Of a stretch of 35,732 nt of DNA, positions 1-6,926 are shown in pieces; within the stretch, counting starts at the first letter, position 1; the number at the start of each line of letters is the position of its first letter. The notes beneath the pieces were generated by a model that saw only the letters and a list, made by a program, of their open reading frames with translations, ran no database searches and was not told where the DNA came from. Source of the DNA: Bdellovibrionia bacterium (GTDB taxonomy: Bacteria; Bdellovibrionota; UBA1018); assembly GCA_041752095.1 (NCBI GenBank), contig JBGSHQ010000401.1:1-35732 (forward strand), written 5' to 3'. Both the position numbers and the translations under genes were made by a program.

Positions 1-1082
1 ATCCACTGCTGAATCCATGCCCGACACTCGGCGAGTGTCCCCTGATAAACCGATTTTCGTTCGAAACGACCGAAATAATAATTATAGCCTGGGTCGTAAT
101 ACTCAGTCAGAAGCATGGAGATCCATCCATGATGTTTTCCAACCTTAAAATCGGAGTGAAATGCGAGAACGAGTTCCGCTAAAATCCGAGATGTCCTCTC
201 GCGACCCATACGTTTTTCGACTTTCATGAGCTGTGCGGTCAGATGTTCTTTTAAAACATCACTCTGAATTCCCTGTGAAAGTGGTAAAAAAACATATTCA
301 GCTTCTATTCGGGCAGCCCTTGCATCTAAGGGTTCATCTAAAATTAAAATAGGTGCTTCGGCTGTTTTTTTCTGGACCGCACCCGGGACCCAACATTTCC
401 CTATTCCCGCACTTTCATCTTCGATGAGATAGGCCCCCGGCGATTTCCACTTTCGATCGAGGGAAAGTAAATCGAGTCCCAGACGGTTTTCAAACGTAGC
501 CTGTCTGGGTTGGATTTCATTTACGCCTAAACCAAATGTCGAACCACGGTGATTCGCGTGCTTCTCAAGATTGAAAAAAGGAAATGCCTCATCACGAAGG
601 AGTTCGGTTTTACCCGATCCTGTCGGACCTGAAACGACTAAGAATGGAACTGGCTCCAACGCTATTTTTTCAATCCGGTCGAGAAGGATTTTTCGAATCG
701 CTTTATATCCGCCCTCGACCTGTGGAACAGAAACACCCGCCTCACGAATCCACTCCGTCGCAAGCTTCGATCGAAGTCCGCCACGCCAACAGAAAACGAA
801 TCGATTTTCTGCGGGGACATTCGAAAGATACGAGACCCATCCAGCCACTCTTTCCTCCCTGTGTGGATCGACGAGTTTATGACCGAGACGAATGGCTGCC
901 TCTTGACCCTCTTTCTTATAAGTCAGACCGACTTGATGGCGCTCATCATTCCTTAAAATGGGTAGGTTTATCGATCCTGGAATTCCGCCGTCGCCAAATT
1001 CACCCTCTGAACGCACATCAATCGACATTGACACGCCGTCTAAGGTCTTCGAAATGAGAGATTCTGCTTGAATGAAAGTCAT
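1..1082 (-). CDS. selU: tRNA 2-selenouridine synthase (rhodanese + P-loop), 3' end runs off window
   Basis: Not in ORF track; hand translation from ATG at 1082 gives MTFIQAE...IDVRSEGEF...SINLPILRNDERHQVGLTYKKEGQEAAIRLG, rhodanese FCWRGGLRS, Walker A GPTGSGKT, LEKHANHRGSTFG, QPRQATFEN, IEDES, YYDPGY: SelU/MnmH motifs. Confidence 0.93.
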   Translation of the reverse strand, partial: MTFIQAESLISKTLDGVSMSIDVRSEGEFGDGGIPGSINLPILRNDERHQVGLTYKKEGQEAAIRLGHKLVDPHREERVAGWVSYLSNVPAENRFVFCWRGGLRSKLATEWIREAGVSVPQVEGGYKAIRKILLDRIEKIALEPVPFLVVSGPTGSGKTELLRDEAFPFFNLEKHANHRGSTFGLGVNEIQPRQATFENRLGLDLLSLDRKWKSPGAYLIEDESAGIGKCWVPGAVQKKTAEAPILILDEPLDARAARIEAEYVFLPLSQGIQSDVLKEHLTAQLMKVEKRMGRERTSRILAELVLAFHSDFKVGKHHGWISMLLTEYYDPGYNYYFGRFERKSVYQGTLAECRAWIQQW

Positions 1083-1133
1083 GTTGGTTCCATTTTTATT
1101 CTACGTCATATTAAACCTAAGAGGCACTAAACG

Positions 1134-1433
1134 ATGAGCTCCCCACTGAAACCAAGCCGAACCGTCACACATCAGGGCACCACTTACCGCGTTACTCGCC
1201 TTTATAGTTCTGGTCTCGGGGCGCAGTATGCGGTGACGACTAAAGGGAGTGATGGGAAAGAAAAGACGACTCTGCTTACCGACCCGATCGTAGAGAAAGA
1301 TGCCTCGCTTATTCCACTGTTTATTGCCTGTGCAAAACGCTTCGACGATTCCCTTACATTTGCGAAATATATTGGATCGAGTTCGTTCTGGCAGGCGGGG
1401 TTGCCACCCGATGGACTATCGAAAAAGGACTAA
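1134..1433 (+). CDS. hypothetical protein
   Basis: 99-aa ORF with AGAGG RBS upstream, divergent from selU; no recognised motif. Confidence 0.65.
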   Translation: MSSPLKPSRTVTHQGTTYRVTRLYSSGLGAQYAVTTKGSDGKEKTTLLTDPIVEKDASLIPLFIACAKRFDDSLTFAKYIGSSSFWQAGLPPDGLSKKD

Positions 1434-1533
1434 AGGCGACTAGGTTCTGCCGTTTAGCCTGGTTCACTTTGTCCCCAGTCCCTTTATAGTTTCTTGTGCG
1501 TATTGAAATTGTTGGTTTTTTTAAACGCTGAGC

Positions 1534-1548
1534 TGGTACGTGGCTTGC
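1534..1548 (+). promoter_or_regulatory. putative sigma-54 (-24/-12) promoter
   Basis: TGGTAC-GTGGC-TTGC fits TGGCAC-N5-TTGC with exact spacing, about 50 nt upstream of ATG 1599. Confidence 0.7.
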
Positions 1549-1598
1549 GAATGCTCCATCCGTGGTCTGTTAAACGAACGCATCGAGGAGCCCCCCCC

Positions 1599-2264
1599 AT
1601 GAAAAAGTCATCCCGCCCCAACGTCCTATCCCAACTCTGTCTGAGCTTAATTCTAGCATGTGGAATCGTCTCCACATCTTCAGCCCTAGCCGAAGACGTC
1701 CTTCTAAACTCAAGCTCCGTCCGGGGTTCCTCCCCTAATCTAAGGCTCATTCGGACCTCGATGACTCCATCGAAAGTCGAACTCGAACTTCCGGTTGCGA
1801 TGGACCGTACGGTTTGTGCTGAATATGGAACACGCGTCGTGTCGGGTCAGAGTGGTATGCGCTGTGGATACGACAGGGTTATTCGTAGAGTTTGCGTACC
1901 CGCACAGGTTTGCCATGTAAATCGGCAGACGGGAAAGACCGAATGCTCCATGAACGGACGTCGGTGTTATGACGAAATGAATGACATTCCTCGCTTCTGC
2001 AGCTGGGAAGAAACGTACTGCGTACGAACGGAAACACGAACTTCCGATAAAACTAAGATTGTTACTTTAAAGTTTAAAAATCTCGCCAAACTCGGCAGCG
2101 GAGAACAAGAAGTTTTTGAACTTCGAGGAGAGCAGAATCACACCGACGGCCAAGAAGCAGTTTTCCGCCTCACAGCGGTAGACACTCGAAAGCCAGTTAA
2201 AATCACTGAAAAGGACGGTGTTTTTACAGGCTTTAAAGATGTGATCGTCATTAAAGGTGAATAG
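1599..2264 (+). CDS. secreted cysteine-rich hypothetical protein
   Basis: GAGGAG RBS before ATG 1599; signal peptide MKKSSRPNVLSQLCLSLILACGIVSTSSALA; 8 Cys in the mature region; followed by a terminator. Confidence 0.8.
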   Translation: MKKSSRPNVLSQLCLSLILACGIVSTSSALAEDVLLNSSSVRGSSPNLRLIRTSMTPSKVELELPVAMDRTVCAEYGTRVVSGQSGMRCGYDRVIRRVCVPAQVCHVNRQTGKTECSMNGRRCYDEMNDIPRFCSWEETYCVRTETRTSDKTKIVTLKFKNLAKLGSGEQEVFELRGEQNHTDGQEAVFRLTAVDTRKPVKITEKDGVFTGFKDVIVIKGE

Positions 2265-2289
2265 TTTAAGATTACTCACCAGCTTCGGT

Positions 2290-2320
2290 AAAAGGGCCTC
2301 CTTCGGGAGGCCCTTTTTTT
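2290..2320 (+). terminator. rho-independent terminator
   Basis: AAAAGGGCCTCC-TTCG-GGAGGCCCTTTTTTT perfect stem with T tract. Confidence 0.92.
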
Positions 2321-2399
2321 CATCTTAACGACCGTCAATTTCTCGACATTTCCGCAATTTGAAAAGTGTGTGAAACTAAATGAAGGAGATCACTCACTT

Positions 2400-3176
2400 A
2401 TGTTCAGACGCCCCTGGCCTATTCTCATGTTGGCACTACTTCAGTTTCTGACTCCTGTGATTTATCTCGCGTTTGCTGCCGGGTTTTATAATGTTTCCAT
2501 CGGCTCTGCGACGCGTGAAATTATGGAGCTCACTCCGTTTACCCGCCAGCTCGAAATTTTTATTCTCCCACTTATTTTAGGGCTTCTCATTTTCATGACA
2601 AATCGTATCGCCTATCTCATCGCGATGATTGGCTGTATTTATGGAATCGTTGCGGGAGTGTTAGCGTTCGTATTATCAAACCAGACGGATCCTGTTTTTC
2701 CGATTATTCTTTCTAATTTATTTTGTCTTGCAGCAATCGGATATCTCGCACGTTCGAAGGCTAGAAACATTTATTTTAATCAGCGCTTAAGGTGGTGGGA
2801 AACCGAGCTCCGATATGTAGTGAATTTTCCATCGTCGGTAACCCGTGTGGGTGGTGCGCCGATGAAAGCTACCCTTCTGAACATTGCTTCGGGTGGAGCT
2901 GGGGTCGAGACTTTGAATTCCGGATTCTTAAAAGGCGAAGTCATCACGCTCGAGTTCCAAAACGCGGGTACGGTTCATCATCTGAAAGCAAAAGTGATGT
3001 GGGAAAAGCCGATCGATAGCGCTAAGCAGTTTATCGGAATTCACTGGGAAGACGAGAATACGAAGCCAGAACGATCGAAGGTTCGTCGTCTGATCCGCTC
3101 GCTAAAAACGGCTAAAACCCCGACGACGCGTCACGCCCCGCCGCTACTCGCTCACCTGAAGAACCATTTTAACTAA
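2400..3176 (+). CDS. membrane protein with C-terminal PilZ domain
   Basis: About 4 hydrophobic N-terminal segments, then RWWETELRY and NIASGGAG resembling the PilZ RxxxR and D/NxSxxG motifs; AAGGAG RBS. Confidence 0.8.
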   Translation: MFRRPWPILMLALLQFLTPVIYLAFAAGFYNVSIGSATREIMELTPFTRQLEIFILPLILGLLIFMTNRIAYLIAMIGCIYGIVAGVLAFVLSNQTDPVFPIILSNLFCLAAIGYLARSKARNIYFNQRLRWWETELRYVVNFPSSVTRVGGAPMKATLLNIASGGAGVETLNSGFLKGEVITLEFQNAGTVHHLKAKVMWEKPIDSAKQFIGIHWEDENTKPERSKVRRLIRSLKTAKTPTTRHAPPLLAHLKNHFN

Positions 3177-3303
3177 CGCACTCCGTTAGTCGTGGTTTTT
3201 GTTAATAACAGCGAGAATTCTAGTATCTAAACATCCGACTGACCTAATCCGCTTGTTCCAAGCTAAGTCCGAGGGTAAAAACCTATCATTCTAATACGTC
3301 TGC

Positions 3304-3393
3304 GGAGAGATGGCCGAGTGGCTGAAGGCGCACGCTTGGAAAGCGTGTTTACATTAACGTGTAACGTGAGTTCGAATCTCACTCTCTCCGCCA
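3304..3393 (+). tRNA. tRNA-Ser (anticodon GGA)
   Basis: Acceptor stem GGAGAGA/TCTCTCC, discriminator G + encoded CCA, D arm TGGCCGAGTGGCTGAAGGCG, anticodon arm CACGC-TTGGAAA-GCGTG, long variable arm, T arm GTGAG-TTCGAAT-CTCAC. Confidence 0.97.
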
Positions 3394-3399
3394 TTAAAA

Positions 3400-3432
3400 G
3401 CCCGTTAACTTAAATAGTTAGCGGGTTTTTTT
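3400..3432 (+). terminator. rho-independent terminator after tRNA-Ser
   Basis: GCCCGTTAACT-TAAAT-AGTTAGCGGGT stem (two G-U pairs) followed by a T tract. Confidence 0.8.
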
Positions 3433-3518
3433 ATTTTCTACCGAACGAGTTTTAAAACTGCGTTTTTCGTTTTAGGCGGAAAATAGGCGGAATGATGTAA
3501 CTATCTGTAATTACTGTG

Positions 3519-3570
3519 TATTACATATTATAAATTATAATTTGTAATATTTTAGAGATCTACCGATAAT
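3519..3570 (+). promoter_or_regulatory. inverted-repeat operator overlapping a sigma-70-type promoter
   Basis: TATTACATATTATAA-A-TTATAATTTGTAATA (15-bp arms, 1 mismatch; 3519-3549) overlaps TTGTAA(3542-3547)-17 bp-GATAAT(3565-3570), 5 nt before ATG 3576. Confidence 0.65.
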
Positions 3571-3575
3571 ACACT

Positions 3576-4136
3576 ATGACCTCGCTAAACCCCTTAAGCC
3601 TACGCCCCCAGGACACTCTCCTCCTCCTAAAGCTCGTCGCTGCGGAGGGCAGGGCATGGAGACAGATCGATCTAGCGAACGAGTTGGGACTCAGCCAGCC
3701 CGAAGTGGGGAATGCATTAGAGCGATTAAGGCGAGCAGGGCTCATCGACGAAGCGAAAAAGAAGGCGCACCGACTTGCTGCCATCGACTTCATTCTCTAC
3801 GGCGTAAAATATTTCTACCCGGCCGAACTTGGCCCCATCGTTCGCGGGATTCCGACTGGACATTCAGCAGCGCCACTCAAGGGAAAACTCGTCATCGAAG
3901 ATGATGCGGAGTGGGTATGGCCCGACCCTGAGGGTAAACAACGAGGAACAGCACTCCATCCACTTTATGAATCCGTTCCCCTCGCCGCTAAAAATGATCA
4001 ACTTCTTTATGAACTTCTAGCACTCGTCGATTCTGTTCGTGCAGGTAGCGCGCGGGAGAGAAAGATGGCGGAAGACGCGCTTCGGAAACGTCTGCTTAAG
4101 GTCCAGGGAGGAAAGAAGAATGAAGCAAAGTCGTAA
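3576..4136 (+). CDS. winged-HTH protein, putative type IV (AbiEi-like) antitoxin
   Basis: N-terminal HTH (RQIDLANELGLSQPEVGNALERLRRAGLI); C-terminal domain GVKYFYP...RGIPTGHS...VWPD...LYELLALVDSVRAGSARER; overlaps the nucleotidyltransferase gene. Confidence 0.75.
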   Translation: MTSLNPLSLRPQDTLLLLKLVAAEGRAWRQIDLANELGLSQPEVGNALERLRRAGLIDEAKKKAHRLAAIDFILYGVKYFYPAELGPIVRGIPTGHSAAPLKGKLVIEDDAEWVWPDPEGKQRGTALHPLYESVPLAAKNDQLLYELLALVDSVRAGSARERKMAEDALRKRLLKVQGGKKNEAKS

Positions 4137-4836
4137 CATTCTCATGATCCAGGAAGTAGCCCGCGCCTTAGGCGACCTAAGAGACCAGGTAGTATTTATT
4201 GGAGGTGCCACGACCGCACTCTATATCGATGACAAGGGTGCTCCCACGCCTACCCCTTCCGATGATGTGGATCTCGTTGTCGAAATCACGAGCCACCAGG
4301 AATACGCAAAGCTTGAAAAGGTTTTAAGGCAGAAGGGATTTAAAGATCCCCTTCCCGATCCAGACGTGCAGCATCCCATCTGTCGAAAGATGTATAACGA
4401 TATCCAAGTCGACATCATGCCTACTGACGAGTCGATCCTTGGCTTCTCGAACCGGTGGTATAGCGACGCCATTAAAAAGAAGATGCAACACCGACTACCC
4501 GACGGAAGCACGATCTCGGTTTTTAATGTGACCTACTTCCTAGCGACAAAGTTCGAAGCATTCACTCACCGAGGTAAAGATTCCGATATTCGGTTTAGTC
4601 AGGACCTCGAAGATATCTTAGCAGTCCTCGATGGCTGCTCTTATATAGCGAGCGAACTAATGAGTGCAGAGCCTAAAGTCAGGGCGTTCATTGTGAAAGA
4701 ATTCGAAGCACTCCTCGAGGATGCATCCTTATTAGAAGAGGCCGCTACGGGATTCATCGCTGCGGGCGGTGACTCAACCAAAAGAGCAAAGAAACTGGTG
4801 GCGCGGGTTCGGGGGATTACGAGTGGCCGAGAATAA
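4120..4836 (+). CDS. nucleotidyltransferase, putative AbiEii-like toxin
   Basis: VFIGGAT, SDDVDL (DxD), VDIMP, ATKFEAF..RG, SQDLEDI match Pol-beta-like AbiEii motifs; GGAGG RBS before ATG 4120. Confidence 0.8.
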   Translation: MKQSRNILMIQEVARALGDLRDQVVFIGGATTALYIDDKGAPTPTPSDDVDLVVEITSHQEYAKLEKVLRQKGFKDPLPDPDVQHPICRKMYNDIQVDIMPTDESILGFSNRWYSDAIKKKMQHRLPDGSTISVFNVTYFLATKFEAFTHRGKDSDIRFSQDLEDILAVLDGCSYIASELMSAEPKVRAFIVKEFEALLEDASLLEEAATGFIAAGGDSTKRAKKLVARVRGITSGRE

Positions 4837-4991
4837 GCCTTAGTTTAAACGTTGCTCACTTAAAGTGAAAACATGGAACACATGACGGGATGAAGAAGCA
4901 TTTGCTGGAAACTCAAGGAGTCGCACTGATTGACAGGCGATGACCCATCCAGTAACTAATATAATTATTTAAAAATTCTGAGGATCACGTA

Positions 4992-5477
4992 ATGAAAATG
5001 ACAATTATCACTCTAGCGTTCCTACTTTCTGTAACAGCATTTGCGACCCCATTTGATAGTTTTGAGGGCGAATATTCCACATCTGGTAATCCTTCGATCA
5101 CGGCGAACCAAATGAAAGAATGCAATTGGGTGAACTTCAAGGGAATAACTGGAGTTGTCATTTCTAAAAATGCACAAGGATTCCAAACTCTTGATGTTTT
5201 ATCCATCATGAGTAATGCGCCATTAAAAGTCGGCTTTGAATTGAAAGAATATAATTTTTCCGGACCTTTCGGAGTGTCGAATATCGGGAAATTTGAAGGA
5301 ACCGAGGGCCGGGCGCAGTATCAGCAAATCAATTCCACTCCCGACTTTCGTGAAGTTTCTACATGGGAGATTTCTGCGACACCCTCTGGATACTCATTCT
5401 ATATGGCTTACCAGGTGCGAGACCAGTTCGGGGTAAACGGCTCCTGTTTTTATTCGGTCCCATTTAGCAAAAAATAA
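4992..5477 (+). CDS. secreted hypothetical protein
   Basis: Signal peptide ending TAFA; GAGGA RBS; beta-strand-like composition with two Cys. Confidence 0.8.
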   Translation: MKMTIITLAFLLSVTAFATPFDSFEGEYSTSGNPSITANQMKECNWVNFKGITGVVISKNAQGFQTLDVLSIMSNAPLKVGFELKEYNFSGPFGVSNIGKFEGTEGRAQYQQINSTPDFREVSTWEISATPSGYSFYMAYQVRDQFGVNGSCFYSVPFSKK

Positions 5478-5646
5478 TCGATTCTGCCATATTGGGTGGG
5501 TTTTAATTCCTGAACTACTACGCAATTTAACGAACTGGAACTTCCTCGAACGCGACTACGACCGAAGATCAGGACGCCGGCAACGCAAACGAAACTTGCA
5601 AAAGCAAATGATATGATTAAGACTGACTCAAATCCAAGGAGCCCAT

Positions 5647-6222
5647 ATGAAATCATCCTTTTTACTTATCGCTGGCCTAATACTGAGTACCGTAGCGACT
5701 GCCAACGCCGCCGCGCCACAATGCGGTGGCCCACCGGAAGATACATTGGAGCCGAAGTGGTTTAACCTAGCCCCTCTCTACGGAGCCGACATGGTAATCA
5801 ACGTCGACTACCTTCTAACGGGCTGTTCAGAGAGAAGACCGCAAGGGCCGTTTAGCGACTCAATTTACGTCGCTGAACCGCTCTGGATAAATCTACTGTC
5901 GAATCAATTACAGAAATCAGACGTTGTAGAGATTGTTTTCCTGGAATATGGCCGAGTATGCTCGTGGTATCGCGGTAATTATTCATGTGGTCCAGAGGTA
6001 GAAAAGGTCCATCGTCTTCCGCTGTCCTACGATGAACCCGGTCGTTTTTCGGGAAAACTTTCGAGCTTAGAGCTCAGTTTTGCAAAGGTGTATTCCGAGG
6101 GCGTCTATTCGCGAAGGTATCGCCAAGAGATGGCGGTTTTCATTAATGGCCGCGTCTACAAGGAGCCGGCTAGCGGTGTAAACTTCAAGTTTGATCTCTT
6201 GACGGCTCGGGTCGCTCGATAA
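5647..6222 (+). CDS. secreted hypothetical protein
   Basis: AAGGAG RBS; signal peptide ending TANA; 4 Cys. Confidence 0.8.
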   Translation: MKSSFLLIAGLILSTVATANAAAPQCGGPPEDTLEPKWFNLAPLYGADMVINVDYLLTGCSERRPQGPFSDSIYVAEPLWINLLSNQLQKSDVVEIVFLEYGRVCSWYRGNYSCGPEVEKVHRLPLSYDEPGRFSGKLSSLELSFAKVYSEGVYSRRYRQEMAVFINGRVYKEPASGVNFKFDLLTARVAR

Positions 6223-6278
6223 CCCCTAGTTTTTTAACTGTAAGCTGCTCCATAAACTAAAAATTCTGAAGCAACCTA

Positions 6279-6297
6279 ACTCTCTCCGCCATTAAAA
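6279..6297 (+). repeat. att-like duplicate of tRNA-Ser 3' end
   Basis: Identical to 3381-3399. Confidence 0.88.
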
Positions 6298-6314
6298 ATC
6301 AGGGAAATTTTAAA

Positions 6315-6926
6315 ATGAAAAAGAACAGTATCGCACTCATTTTTTGTTCGGTGATTACATTTTCAGCTTTTGCAAATCCAACTCCTCCAACAGGAGACTT
6401 CCGTTACACGGGTGTATATTCCGTAATCCAAACTCGGCTCACTGAATCTGTTCCACACGCTAGTTCCGAGTTATCCCAGAAACACATCAAAGACTTAAAG
6501 GCTCAAGGGCTACAGTGTCATCTGGTGGCTGGAGACAATGCACGCTGTGAACAATTCGGTGCGGTACTCCCAGCAAATCACGCGCAGAAACTCGATAATG
6601 CGATTTCGATGAGCGTTCAAAATCCGATTGGAACTGAAGCGACGGTAAACTTTGCGCCACAGTATGAATCGATCGATCTCACCTCTTCTGCACCCGATCT
6701 CGATACTTACCACGTTATCCAAAACGTCACTTGGGGCGGGGTTAAAGTTTCATACTACACACTTTATAAAGTCCGAGGCGGCGCTCTTAAAATTCGGCTT
6801 ACCGATAATGTCTGGCTTAATCCGACGAACGATCCCACCACTCTTGATCTCGTGGTCCAACGCTCATTCACGACGGGACTACGTTATTGGACGGTCACTG
6901 CGGCTGCGAAACTTTCTCTTCGCTGA
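6315..6926 (+). CDS. secreted hypothetical protein
   Basis: Signal peptide ending SAFA; AGGGA RBS; starts 18 nt after the att-like repeat. Confidence 0.8.
   Translation: MKKNSIALIFCSVITFSAFANPTPPTGDFRYTGVYSVIQTRLTESVPHASSELSQKHIKDLKAQGLQCHLVAGDNARCEQFGAVLPANHAQKLDNAISMSVQNPIGTEATVNFAPQYESIDLTSSAPDLDTYHVIQNVTWGGVKVSYYTLYKVRGGALKIRLTDNVWLNPTNDPTTLDLVVQRSFTTGLRYWTVTAAAKLSLR

Larger units (their letters stand above)
3381..6297. mobile_element. tRNA-Ser-anchored genomic islet without integrase
   Basis: Exact 19-bp direct repeat ACTCTCTCCGCCATTAAAA at 3381-3399 (tRNA 3' end) and 6279-6297, flanking a TA-like pair and two secreted ORFs. Confidence 0.8.

Noticed and set aside
571-1057. Plus-strand ORFs 571-882 and 584-1057
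   Set aside because: Antisense shadows of selU, which has clear motifs on the minus strand.
1494-1598. N-terminal extension of the 1494-2264 ORF
   Set aside because: RBS, signal peptide and promoter motif all point to ATG 1599.
4039-4119. Upstream start of the nucleotidyltransferase ORF
   Set aside because: Overlaps the HTH gene heavily; GGAGG RBS supports ATG 4120.
4970-6269. TAAAAATTCTGA repeated at 4970-4981 and 6258-6269 upstream of secreted genes (cassette boundary?)
   Set aside because: AT-rich 12-mer, absent before the 5647 gene, and no attC-like hairpins seen; could be chance.
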